In this document: positions 1 to 8,151 of the stretch, one piece after another
Layout of the letters: every line of letters begins with the position of its first letter
Position numbering within the stretch: the first letter of the stretch is position 1
Origin: a virus
Lineage: Duplodnaviria; Caudoviricetes
Direction: 5' to 3' (one strand)
IMG/VR virus record: IMGVR_UViG_3300033407_000005
Location: 11,735 to 75,734 of that record
Length of the DNA stretch: 64,000 bases
Notes under the pieces: generated by a model
Database searches by the model: none
Seen by the model: only the letters and a program-made list of their open reading frames with translations
What the model was told of the DNA's origin: nothing
Translations under genes and position numbers: made by a program

Positions 1-314
1 AGGGCGGGAGTTTTCCCCTCGCCATAGATATGCTCGTCATCCCGGCAGACCGCGAAGGCCTTTGGGTAGATCTGAACCTCGGCTCGCACGGCGCCGTCGT
101 TGACGAGGATCAGGATTTCTACGTCCAGCCCCTCCGGCACCAGCGTCAGCGCCGCGCTCTCGTAGGCGCCGCTTTCGGCCCACGCCGAGGCGCGGTTCCA
201 TGTCTCGAATGTGATCCAACGCCGTTTCTGGGCAAAATAGAGCGCGGCTTGGACATCCGCCCGCTGCGTTTCCTCAGTCGCCGCCTCCAGCCGGGCGATC
301 ATCTCGGCGCTCAT
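1..314 (-). CDS. Phage hypothetical protein (runs off window edge), paralog of 619..975
   Basis: Manual translation MSAEMIARLEAATEE...SAALTLVPEG...; shares N-terminus with 619..975; ATGA overlap with upstream ORF. Confidence 0.7.
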   Translation of the reverse strand, partial: MSAEMIARLEAATEETQRADVQAALYFAQKRRWITFETWNRASAWAESGAYESAALTLVPEGLDVEILILVNDGAVRAEVQIYPKAFAVCRDDEHIYGEGKTPA

Positions 315-622
315 GGTTCACCCTTCCCGGCAGCCCGTGCCGCCTCCAGCCGCTTGCGGGTGCGCCAGGCCTTTTGCGAGGCGAGCGACCAGGTGCGGAG
401 CTGGCGCGTGATGCGCCACGCCGAGCGTGTTTCACGTGAACCGGCCGCAGCATCAACGGGTTGTGCCGATTTACCCGTTTCAGGTTCACCACGGAGACAC
501 GGAGGGCACGGAGCGTCATCGGCGCGTTCTGTGTCTACACATCGCGCGGGAGGCCCCAGGCACGCTTCGCTCGGCCGCGCCTCCGTGCCCTCCGTGTCTC
601 CGTGGTGAACTTTCCTGCTCAT
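311..622 (-). CDS. Small phage protein containing an in-frame palindromic element
   Basis: MSRKVHHGDTEGTE...PPCLRGEP...KAWRTRKRLEAARAAGKGEP; ATGA overlaps at both ends. Confidence 0.55.
   Translation of the reverse strand: MSRKVHHGDTEGTEARPSEACLGPPARCVDTERADDAPCPPCLRGEPETGKSAQPVDAAAGSRETRSAWRITRQLRTWSLASQKAWRTRKRLEAARAAGKGEP
484..610. repeat. REPIN/MITE-like element: perfect 30-bp inverted repeats (484-513, 581-610) around a 67-bp spacer
   Basis: gttcaccacggagacacggagggcacggag and its exact reverse complement; second copy at 3516-3665. Confidence 0.9.
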
Positions 623-975
623 GCTGCCCTCGCCTTCAGTGCGGCGATGCAGGCGCTGATCGGTCGGGATCGGTGGTCGGCTTGTCCAAGACGCAGGATT
701 ACCGAGCTGCCGTCCTTCAACTCCCACGCATTGGCGTTCCAGGCCATTTTCCCGCCCGGGAGCACGGCATAGAAAAGGTTGATGCCGCGCCGCGGGTAGT
801 CGTGTCCGATGTCGGGGGTGTCCCAGAGCGTCAGCGCCGCGTCGAGCGAGGTCGTGTAATCAGGAACGCGCGGTTCCTGTCTCGCAATGCCGCGTATGGC
901 GAGTTCGATATGGACATCGAGGGCCGCGCTCCCCTCGGTCGCCGCCTCCAGCCGGGCGATCAGCTCGGCGCTCAT
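619..975 (-). CDS. Phage hypothetical protein (ABA-sandwich-like, YTTSLDAALTL motif)
   Basis: DYTTSLDAALTL and C-terminal ISACIAALKARAA, typical of alphaproteobacterial prophage early genes. Confidence 0.75.
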   Translation of the reverse strand: MSAELIARLEAATEGSAALDVHIELAIRGIARQEPRVPDYTTSLDAALTLWDTPDIGHDYPRRGINLFYAVLPGGKMAWNANAWELKDGSSVILRLGQADHRSRPISACIAALKARAA

Positions 976-1208
976 GGTTCACCCTTCCCGGCGGCCCGTG
1001 CCGCCTCAAGCCGCTTGCGGGTGCGCCATGCCTTGCGCGAGGCATTCGCCCAGATCGCCAGCTGACGGGTGATCCTGTTCACAACCCGTTGATTTGTCGG
1101 ATGTTTCACAGAATACCGCCGACTTATTGTGGTTTCATCGGCGTTCGGCGCCGACGGCCCGGTTCCGGGCAACCCGGAGAGTGGCGAGGCTTTGGGGAGG
1201 GCGGTCAT
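972..1208 (-). CDS. Small phage protein, paralogous C-terminus to 311..622
   Basis: Ends RITRQL...KAWRTRKRLEAARAAGKGEP; start MTALPKASP with ATGA overlap. Confidence 0.55.
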   Translation of the reverse strand: MTALPKASPLSGLPGTGPSAPNADETTISRRYSVKHPTNQRVVNRITRQLAIWANASRKAWRTRKRLEAARAAGKGEP

Positions 1209-1375
1209 GGCGTCGGGCCGAAGAGTAACGCGAGGATGAGGATCGGCACCGCAATCAGCAGACCTCCAGCGATCCCCGATTGCGGACGCCAGCATTGCCA
1301 CCATCGGGCGGGGCGAGCGAACCATGCGGCAATCGCAGCGACGATAGGTGGCGAGGCTTTGGGGAGGGCGGTCAT
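1205..1375 (-). CDS. Small membrane protein (56 aa)
   Basis: Manual translation MTALPKASPPIVAAIAAWF...GLLIAVPILILALLFGPTP; overlaps both neighbours by ATGA. Confidence 0.5.
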   Translation of the reverse strand: MTALPKASPPIVAAIAAWFARPARWWQCWRPQSGIAGGLLIAVPILILALLFGPTP

Positions 1376-1761
1376 ACGACGCGAACCGGAATAAGCGTCG
1401 GCCGTTTCATCTTCGGCTTCAGCATGTGTTGCTTATAGGATCGCAGCGCGGCCTCAATTTCATCGAGGCACATCAGGATCGGATCACTGAGAATGACACC
1501 CGGCGGCGGTGCCTGTCCGCTGTTGATCAGCATGAGCAACGAGACAGTCTCGTTGACAAGCCTCAGCTCCCGGCCAATGGGGCGCGCGGCGACGATCATT
1601 GGACTGGCCCTCGCAGCGAGGCCATTGTGAAACCGGAGACCATTCGCCGCGGCCTCAAGCTGTTGCGCGAGGATCAGCGGCTCGACGTAATCGTAATCGA
1701 TAAGCAATCGCCCCAGCGCGGAAGCAAAGTCGGCCCGATCTTCCAGCGGCCGGTCGCTCAC
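1372..1761 (-). CDS. Phage hypothetical protein
   Basis: 129-aa ORF, translationally coupled to neighbours. Confidence 0.7.
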   Translation of the reverse strand: MSDRPLEDRADFASALGRLLIDYDYVEPLILAQQLEAAANGLRFHNGLAARASPMIVAARPIGRELRLVNETVSLLMLINSGQAPPPGVILSDPILMCLDEIEAALRSYKQHMLKPKMKRPTLIPVRVV

Positions 1762-2348
1762 AGCAGCTCTCCCACAGCCTTTGCCTCCCCGGGCCTGACC
1801 CGGGGATTGTCCGGGTCGGGGAAATTCTCTCTCCGGTAAATGCCGACCAGACTGTCGCCGTCGTCCGCGAGTTGTCCGTCAAGAGTATGAGGACAATCAT
1901 TCGCGCCAGGAGCACCTCCACACGCGCCACATTGAGGAGCGTTATGCATAAGAGCTAACTCTCCATCTTTCTCAACCACCTCAAGTAAAGTCCAAGGGAT
2001 AAAGCACCCCTCAAACCCGTCATCGACCACAACTATGTCGCCGACTTTGAGTTGGCTGAGCCGAGCATAAGGTCGCCCCTGAATATCGCTCACAGCAGTT
2101 CTCCCACAGCCTTTGCCTCCCCGGGCCTGACCCCGGGGATTGTCCGGGTCGGGGAGGAGACTTTTGCAGCGTCGGCAGGTCACCGCCTCGGCCCGGTTCG
2201 TCCATGTCGCCTTTTTCAGGTCGATCGCTCGCGGCGACTTCGCACAGAGCGGTGACACATGGCCTTCCGGCGAGATGAGTTTCGCCATGTGGACCGTTCG
2301 GACGTGCGGACGCGCTCCCACGGCGTTCAAGAGATCGGCGCCGTTCAC
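1758..2348 (-). CDS. Fusion of two small phage ORFs (GTG starts at 2348 and 2093)
   Basis: VNGADLL...TCRRC read through a junction repeat into VSDIQ...; a 1-bp insertion in the repeat puts its stop codon out of frame. Confidence 0.55.
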   Translation of the reverse strand: MNGADLLNAVGARPHVRTVHMAKLISPEGHVSPLCAKSPRAIDLKKATWTNRAEAVTCRRCKSLLPDPDNPRGQARGGKGCGRTAVSDIQGRPYARLSQLKVGDIVVVDDGFEGCFIPWTLLEVVEKDGELALMHNAPQCGACGGAPGANDCPHTLDGQLADDGDSLVGIYRRENFPDPDNPRVRPGEAKAVGELL

Positions 2349-3016
2349 AGCAGCACCCCGCTCGCCTTTGCCGGCTTGTCCGGGTCGGGGAGGTAGCGCA
2401 GCACCGGCGGGCCTTTGTGGCGCCAGTCCCACAGATACCAGGCGTAGGGGAAGCGCGGGCTGGCCTTGTCGTCGCCGGACCAGCGCGGGCGCTTGTGCAG
2501 CACCAGCTTGGCGGCGAACGGCGGTTTGAATAGCGGGTGGTTCTTGGCCGGCGCGTCGAATTCGTGGCGCTGCACGATCGCGACCTTGCCCTGGCTCGCC
2601 CGGGTCAACTCGAGCGCGCGGGTGATGAAGGCGATGGCCCGGTCGAACGGCGGATTGGTGACGATCGCCGCGACGGCGCCGGCCCGGCGATCGGCGAGCC
2701 ACTTGACGGTAGCCGGGTCGAGAAAATCGCGGCCGGGCTCGCCATAGCCGTAATCGGCGATATCGGAGGCGACGACCGCCGGATGCCAGCGGTCCAATTC
2801 CCTCGCCATCCGCCCGTCGCCGCAGGCCGGCTCCCACAGGAGGCCGCGATTGTCGAATTCGACCGCCCGGCACAGCGCCCGCGTCACCCACGGCTCGGTC
2901 GGGTAGAAATCGTTGGCCGCGCGCTCGTACCCGGCCTCGCCCAGATTTGGCGAACGGCGGCTGGCGCTCTTGCGCTCGGGCCGGCGTTCGGTTTCGAGGA
3001 GGTCGGCGGCGGTCAC
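2345..3016 (-). CDS. Phage SAM-dependent DNA amino-methyltransferase (likely N6-adenine)
   Basis: DFYPTEPW, EPACGDG (motif I) and IVTNPPF (motif IV). Confidence 0.85.
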   Translation of the reverse strand: MTAADLLETERRPERKSASRRSPNLGEAGYERAANDFYPTEPWVTRALCRAVEFDNRGLLWEPACGDGRMARELDRWHPAVVASDIADYGYGEPGRDFLDPATVKWLADRRAGAVAAIVTNPPFDRAIAFITRALELTRASQGKVAIVQRHEFDAPAKNHPLFKPPFAAKLVLHKRPRWSGDDKASPRFPYAWYLWDWRHKGPPVLRYLPDPDKPAKASGVLL

Positions 3017-3071
3017 AGCAGCCGCTCCATCGGCGGCCGATAATTAGTCTGGCGGTGCACCGTGGCGTGGA

Positions 3072-3377
3072 TCACGACCCACCTCCGCCGACCAGAGGCA
3101 ACCCGCCCCGCTCCTCCCGCTGCACCAACGCCGCCTGGCGGATCAAGAGCGCCCCGAGGGTGCGCACCCGGCGGTCGTCCTGGTCGAGCATCAGAAGCCC
3201 GACGGCGTATGCCTCCTCCGGCGACATGACAAAGGCGAGCCGGTCGGGGTCGGCGCCGGATTCATCGCCCGGGCGGGCCAGCGCCACGTCGACCCGCACC
3301 TTTGGGCGCTCGTCGAGCCCCACGCCCGACCCGACCCGGATGCCGGGCGGAAGGAGGGGGTCGCGGGAGGTTTCCAT
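3072..3377 (-). CDS. Phage hypothetical protein
   Basis: METSRDPLL... ORF in the coupled early operon. Confidence 0.55.
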   Translation of the reverse strand: METSRDPLLPPGIRVGSGVGLDERPKVRVDVALARPGDESGADPDRLAFVMSPEEAYAVGLLMLDQDDRRVRTLGALLIRQAALVQREERGGLPLVGGGGS

Positions 3378-3769
3378 CAGGCGGCCTGCAATGCGGGATC
3401 GTCGGAGCCCGCGCCGTCGACGTAGACGACGCCGTCGAGCTGCTTGACCTCGTGCCCCGCCCGGCGCATCGCCCTGCGCGCGACGCGCCAATCGATCGCT
3501 TCGGCGATCTCAGGTTCACCACGGAGACACGGAGGGCACGGAGATAGGTCACATCGTTTCGCACCAGGCCTCATCAGGCTCCCGTCATCTTGTCGAGCGC
3601 CGGTCTTTGACATCGGAGGCGAAACGATAACTGTAAACTCCGTGCCCTCCGTGTCTCCGTGGTGATTTTCCGCTTCCGTCTCGATCGCGGCGATCATCGC
3701 GCGGATCGCCCGGCGATCGGCCCCCGAGCTGTATTTGAGGGCGGTGCGCAGCCGGTCGAGCCGTGTCAT
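3377..3769 (-). CDS. Small phage protein containing an in-frame palindromic element
   Basis: MTRLDRLRTALK...HHGDTEGTE...PPCLRGEP...ALQAA. Confidence 0.55.
   Translation of the reverse strand: MTRLDRLRTALKYSSGADRRAIRAMIAAIETEAENHHGDTEGTEFTVIVSPPMSKTGARQDDGSLMRPGAKRCDLSPCPPCLRGEPEIAEAIDWRVARRAMRRAGHEVKQLDGVVYVDGAGSDDPALQAA
3516..3665. repeat. Second REPIN/MITE-like element: 28-bp inverted repeats around an unrelated 94-bp spacer
   Basis: tcaccacggagacacggagggcacggag at 3516-3543 and its reverse complement at 3638-3665. Confidence 0.9.
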
Positions 3770-3948
3770 GCGCCGGCCCTCTCGATCGTCCAGATGCAGG
3801 ACAGCCGCCGCGCGATCGTCCAGGCCTCTTCCTCGGAGGCGCAGAACCGCACCATGGTCCGGGTGTAGGCGTTGCTGCCGCCGGCCTTCCATCCGGGCCC
3901 GAGACGGGCGGCATCCTTGTGCGGGAGGACGGCGACGATCTGGGTCAT
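3766..3948 (-). CDS. Phage hypothetical protein
   Basis: 60-aa ORF with ATGA coupling. Confidence 0.55.
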   Translation of the reverse strand: MTQIVAVLPHKDAARLGPGWKAGGSNAYTRTMVRFCASEEEAWTIARRLSCIWTIERAGA

Positions 3949-4202
3949 GCTGCGGTGTCCGGTTCGGCCGCGCCGTCATCGCCGGCAACCGGTTCCGGGC
4001 GGTCGTCACGATACCAAGAGGCCCAGCGCCAGGGGTTGCAGCGCCAGCGTTCCCGATTCGGTCCGACCACGGCGGCGGCCACCTTGGCGCTCCCGCTGCG
4101 GCGCTTCATGTCGTAGATCGCCTGGGCCTCCGCTAAGGTCGCGAAGTAGACGCGATCCTGGCCCTCGCGCAGCAGCACCCATGGCTTGTTGAAATCAGCC
4201 AT
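3945..4202 (-). CDS. Phage hypothetical protein
   Basis: 85-aa Trp-rich ORF, coupled. Confidence 0.6.
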   Translation of the reverse strand: MADFNKPWVLLREGQDRVYFATLAEAQAIYDMKRRSGSAKVAAAVVGPNRERWRCNPWRWASWYRDDRPEPVAGDDGAAEPDTAA

Positions 4203-4503
4203 CAGGCCAGCCCCAAGGGCGGCTGAACCGCGATGCCCGGGCGTCGATCTGATGCTTTGGCCGGATCGGCCCGGCGGTTGCGGTCTCGACGATCTCGACC
4301 GCGAGCCCGCGCGCCTTCAGATCGGCGATCGACTGCCGCAGCACGTCGGGCCGGCGGCGAACGTCGGAGCCCGGCGGGCCGATCGTCGTGATGCATTCGG
4401 CACGGAGCACGCCGCGCAGCAGCTGGGCGACGACCGATTTGCCGACCGCCGAGGCGCCCATGATCTCGACCCTGACCTGCGGCTGCGCCGTGCCGGGCAT
4501 CAC
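4195..4503 (-). CDS. Phage hypothetical protein with a P-loop-like GASAVGKS
   Basis: Walker A-like motif after a hydrophobic strand; too short for a full NTPase. Confidence 0.55.
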   Translation of the reverse strand: MMPGTAQPQVRVEIMGASAVGKSVVAQLLRGVLRAECITTIGPPGSDVRRRPDVLRQSIADLKARGLAVEIVETATAGPIRPKHQIDARASRFSRPWGWPDG

Positions 4504-4766
4504 GCGGCCTCCGGCTCGATCTGGATTGCCGTAGGGCGGATAAACCCACGGACTTGATCCGTGGGGCCATCCGCCGCCGCCGCCGCCGCCTCACCGAGAT
4601 GCCGCGCCCGCGACAGCACCAGCGCGGTTTCCGGCTTACCCGGGAACCGGGCACCGGTGCGCGGGCAGAACCGGCCGATCGCCACCCGGCGCTCGACCAG
4701 CCAGCCGGCGGCTTCCAGCACCGCGCGCTCGGCCGCCGGCCGGGTGATCCAGTCGCGGCCCGCCAT
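4500..4766 (-). CDS. Phage hypothetical protein, paralog of 5449..5694
   Basis: Shares RFCPRTGARFPGKPETALVLSRARHLGEAAAAAADG. Confidence 0.6.
   Translation of the reverse strand: MAGRDWITRPAAERAVLEAAGWLVERRVAIGRFCPRTGARFPGKPETALVLSRARHLGEAAAAAADGPTDQVRGFIRPTAIQIEPEAA
4545..4565. repeat. REP-like hairpin cccacggacttgatccgtggg (identical copy at 10762-10782)
   Basis: 8-bp stem, 5-nt loop; both copies lie inside ORFs. Confidence 0.75.
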
Positions 4767-5263
4767 CACGCCACCTCCCGGGAGGAGGGCCGGACCTCGC
4801 GGCGCGCCTCCGCCAGGGCCTCGATCCGACCCAGGCCGTGTGCCCTCAACTTGTTGTAGATACGGCGCTGATCCGGCGTAAGACCGGCAAGCGGGTTTTT
4901 CTCGGGGTCGGCGAACGCGGCCTGGATCGCCGCCGACATCTTCGCCCGCATCTCGGGGTCGGCCCACGCGGCCTTCCTCGCCGCCGACATCTTCGCCCGC
5001 ACCTCGGGGTCGGCCCACTGGGCCTTCGTCGCGGCCGACATCTTCGCCCGCACCTCGGGGTCGGCCAACGCGGCCTTGCTCGCGGCCGACATCTTCGCCC
5101 GCACCTCGGGGTCGGCGAACGCGGCCTGGATCGCCGCCGACATCTTCGCCCGCACCTCGGGGTCGGCCCACGCGGCCTTCCTCGCCGCCGACATCTTCGC
5201 CCGCACCTCGGGGTCGGCCCGGCGGGCGCGGACTTCTGGCGACAGGCGATAGGGGCGGGGCAT
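4766..5263 (-). CDS. Tandem 17-aa repeat protein, NUMOD3-like helical DNA-binding repeats
   Basis: Six 51-bp units ADPEVRAKMSAAxxAxx at 4913-5218. Confidence 0.8.
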   Translation of the reverse strand: MPRPYRLSPEVRARRADPEVRAKMSAARKAAWADPEVRAKMSAAIQAAFADPEVRAKMSAASKAALADPEVRAKMSAATKAQWADPEVRAKMSAARKAAWADPEMRAKMSAAIQAAFADPEKNPLAGLTPDQRRIYNKLRAHGLGRIEALAEARREVRPSSREVA

Positions 5264-5448
5264 CTCAGGCGGCCTCGCCGAGCCGTTTAATCAGTTCGCG
5301 CTCGGCCGCGCATTCGCACCGCATCGCGAGGCCGGCAACCACGGGTAAACCGCACCTCAAGCAACAGGGTGTTGCGATCGGAATTTCGCGACCTCGCAGG
5401 ACGAATGTCTTCGGTTCCGACCGCGGGGGGAATTGGTGTTTCATGCCG

Positions 5449-5694
5449 CTATCGCCCCTCGCCCAGAGGGCGGATAAGCGACACGCCATCCGCCGCCGCC
5501 GCCGCCGCCTCGCCGAGATGCCGCGCCCGCGACAGCACCAGCGCGGTTTCCGGCTTACCCGGGAACCGGGCACCGGTGCGCGGGCAGAACCGCCGGGTCT
5601 CGACCTCGCGCGCGACCCGCCAGCCGGCGGCTTCCAGCGCGGTCCCTTCCGACGGTGCGCGGGTGATCCAGTCGCGCGGGGTCAAGCCGGCCAT
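5449..5694 (-). CDS. Phage hypothetical protein, paralog of 4500..4766
   Basis: About 190 bp of near-identical sequence. Confidence 0.6.
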   Translation of the reverse strand: MAGLTPRDWITRAPSEGTALEAAGWRVAREVETRRFCPRTGARFPGKPETALVLSRARHLGEAAAAAADGVSLIRPLGEGR

Positions 5695-5793
5695 CAGGCG
5701 GCCCTCCGCGCATGGCAGACCGGCTCAAAGCCAAGGGCCAGCAGCCGGTCGCGCTCGTCGGGGCTGAGGGGCGGCGGGTCGACGGGGAGGCGT

Positions 5794-6234
5794 TTACGCC
5801 GGCTCTGGGCCGCGGTTGCGAGGGCGATTGCGGCGCGGGCGACGCGGTGCAGCAGCCGGTCGTATGCCCTCAAGAGGATCGAGGAAGGCCAACTCCGCCC
5901 GCAACGCGTCGAGCTGGCGTTCCATGCGCGCGATTTCGGATTGCCGCGCCGCGACGGCGTAGCGCCGGATGGTTTCTCCTTCGTAGTATTCGACACGCCG
6001 GACCTCCCCGTACCACCAGTCCGCAACCCGCGATCGTGGCAGTCGCAGCACCCTGGCTGCGGCCGTGATCCGGTCGCTGACCTTGAGGCCGGGGGAGCGC
6101 CTCACAGTCCCTTTGACGAGCTCGCCCAAATCGGCGAGCAGAACCACCGCGTTAGCGGCGGGCAACTTTCTTTGCTCGCGGAACGAAAATCCGGGCTCGC
6201 GGAATTCCGCGAGACCGGACGGGTTCGCCGTCAA
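5794..6234 (-). CDS. CII-like phage regulator (start approximate)
   Basis: DRITAAARVLRLPRSRVADWWYGEVRRV helix-turn-helix-like segment, located downstream of cro. Confidence 0.6.
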   Translation of the reverse strand: MTANPSGLAEFREPGFSFREQRKLPAANAVVLLADLGELVKGTVRRSPGLKVSDRITAAARVLRLPRSRVADWWYGEVRRVEYYEGETIRRYAVAARQSEIARMERQLDALRAELAFLDPLEGIRPAAAPRRPRRNRPRNRGPEPA

Positions 6235-6484
6235 CCTTGGGGGGATTGACGACGAGGATACGAGCCATGCCGCTGACCCGGCAATCGCGGCTCGGGGGGT
6301 CACCCCGGCCGCAATGCGACGACACGCTCGATGGATGGTGGCGGCACCCGTGTATGGAGCCACGCGGTGCCGCCTCTCCCAGGGCTGCGATCAGGGTGCT
6401 AACCGGGGGAGAACTCGAGTGGCTGGCGAGAGAAAGGCTTGCGCCGCGCAGCTGGTCGAAATCTGACTGGCTGGGGCTCGACAT

Positions 6485-6697
6485 CTATGCTGCCTTGTTG
6501 GATTCGGCGGGCGCGCAGAGCAACCGGTCATCCAGCGGTATCCCACGTTCTGCACATTCTTTCGCGAGACGATAATGCAGGCGCGCGGGAAAGCGATTGA
6601 ACGATCGCCAGTTGCTGACGGCGCTGCTCCGCACCCCGAAGAGCGCCGCCACAGGACCATTGCCGCCCAACTTGTCGATGATCTCGCTCGCCGTCAT
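6485..6697 (-). CDS. cro: Cro-like antirepressor (YdaS-type HTH)
   Basis: IIDKLGGNGPVAALFGVRSSAVSNWR; divergent from the cI-like gene. Confidence 0.85.
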   Translation of the reverse strand: MTASEIIDKLGGNGPVAALFGVRSSAVSNWRSFNRFPARLHYRLAKECAERGIPLDDRLLCAPAESNKAA

Positions 6698-6708
6698 GGG
6701 CTCGATAT

Positions 6709-6742
6709 TTCACGTATCCTGAATTATGTCAAGAGCCGTGAA
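6709..6742. promoter_or_regulatory. Two operators between cro and cI (TTCA-N7-TGAA at 6709-6723; GTCA-N7-TGAA at 6728-6742)
   Basis: Dyad motif also repeated twice downstream of cI. Confidence 0.7.
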
Positions 6743-6784
6743 CGTGAATTTTTTGCGGCGGGAGGCCAGGGCATTCTCGCAGGC

Positions 6785-7114
6785 ATGGTTCGAGCGTTGC
6801 CTTCCGAGCACACCCCCCAAGCCATCGCGCGGCGCCTCATACGAACGCGCGAGGCCTTGCGCCTTACGCCGACCGAGATTTGCCGCCGCGCCGGTCTCGA
6901 AACCAACGCCTATAGCAATTGGGAGGGCGGTCTGCGGCCCGGCATCGACGGCGCGATTGCTCTTTGCCTTGCTTTCGGGCTTACCCTCGATTGGATTTAT
7001 CTGGGCGACCCGTCCGGGCTACCCTACGAATTGGCGGTGAAACTGGCCAATCCCGGCGACACCCCGCCCCCTCCTCGGCGACGCGGGCGCCCAAGGGCCG
7101 CCCCGCTAAGCTGA
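6785..7114 (+). CDS. cI: CI-like XRE-family repressor
   Basis: RRLIRTREALRLTPTEICRRAGLETNAYSNWEGG...FGLTLDWIYLGD. Confidence 0.85.
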   Translation: MVRALPSEHTPQAIARRLIRTREALRLTPTEICRRAGLETNAYSNWEGGLRPGIDGAIALCLAFGLTLDWIYLGDPSGLPYELAVKLANPGDTPPPPRRRGRPRAAPLS

Positions 7115-7118
7115 CAAA

Positions 7119-7170
7119 TTCAATCAACGTGAAATTTCTCTTGTAAAACTTCAAAAGGCGTGAATATAAT
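7119..7170 (+). promoter_or_regulatory. Early promoter TTGTAA-18-TATAAT with operators at 7119-7133 and 7150-7164
   Basis: ttcaatcaacgtgaa and ttcaaaaggcgtgaa; the second lies between the -35 and -10 boxes. Confidence 0.75.
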
Positions 7171-7267
7171 CCCCCCCACTCGCGAACAACCTCTCTCCTG
7201 GAGGTGATCATGCGGCCAGCACCCGGGAAAGCCGGGTGCACCGCTCGCGAGGGAGGGGAGGCCCGAC

Positions 7268-7858
7268 GTGCCAGACCAGATCCCGATCCGCGGCCAGGCG
7301 GCGGTGCCGCCCGGCACTCCGCTGCAGGGCCTGCGCCAGGCCGAGGGCGACCTCGCCGTGGCGCTCGCCGAGCTGCACGGCATCGTCGCGGCGATCGACG
7401 CCGCGGCCGACAAGGTGCGCTTCGCCCGGGCCGAGCTTGAGGCGGCAGCGCTGCCGCGGGTCGCCGCGGCCGAGGCCTGGGCCGAATACTGCGCCCGGGA
7501 TCCACGCCGAGCTCCTGGCGGCGCCGCGGATCGCCGCGGAGGGCCGGTGATGCCGCACCCGTCCGTTCTCCCGGTCCGGGAGCCCGCCTCGTCAGATCAG
7601 ATCCGGACAGCCGGAAGCCCCGCCCCGCGCTACACCGTCCGCATGCGACCCGCGGGGCTCGTCGTCTTCCCGGCATGGGTCCACGACGCGCGGCACCCCG
7701 ACGACCCGGCCGGCGCCCCCTGCTGCTGGTGTCAGGATATCCGGGACGCCGAGCGCATCGCGGCCGGGCTGAACCGCGACGAGATGTACCGCGCGACGCT
7801 GGGGTTCCTGATCGTCGACGAGGCCGCCAAACCGCTTGACGCCGAGGCGGCGGCATGA
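7268..7858 (+). CDS. Phage hypothetical protein (possibly two fused ORFs)
   Basis: Near the start of the rightward operon; internal VMPHP start-like site. Confidence 0.55.
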   Translation: MPDQIPIRGQAAVPPGTPLQGLRQAEGDLAVALAELHGIVAAIDAAADKVRFARAELEAAALPRVAAAEAWAEYCARDPRRAPGGAADRRGGPVMPHPSVLPVREPASSDQIRTAGSPAPRYTVRMRPAGLVVFPAWVHDARHPDDPAGAPCCWCQDIRDAERIAAGLNRDEMYRATLGFLIVDEAAKPLDAEAAA

Positions 7859-8151
7859 GGCTCGTACCCGCGCGCCATCCGCCGCCCGCCAACTCCGATC
7901 GCGGTCTCGACGAGTACGACGCCCCGCCCGGCGAAGAGGCCGGCAGGGAGATGATCCGGCTCGACGATCACCTGAGCCCCGACGCGGTGAAGGAGCGCCT
8001 GGCGCATCTCGACCGGATCGCGGCCGGCGGGGCGTTGCAGCCGCCGCGGCGCCGGCGCGAGCCGGCCTGGCACGGCTGGCTCGTCATGTGGGTGCTCTGG
8101 CCGATCGCCGCGCTTTGCGCGGTCGGGCTGATGGTTGGGGTGGTTGGGTGA
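7855..8151 (+). CDS. Membrane-anchored hypothetical protein
   Basis: C-terminal hydrophobic helix WLVMWVLWPIAALCAVGLMVGVVG. Confidence 0.65.
   Translation: MRLVPARHPPPANSDRGLDEYDAPPGEEAGREMIRLDDHLSPDAVKERLAHLDRIAAGGALQPPRRRREPAWHGWLVMWVLWPIAALCAVGLMVGVVG

Noticed and set aside
4913-5218. CRISPR array
   Set aside because: Units are contiguous coding repeats without unique spacers; no cas genes.
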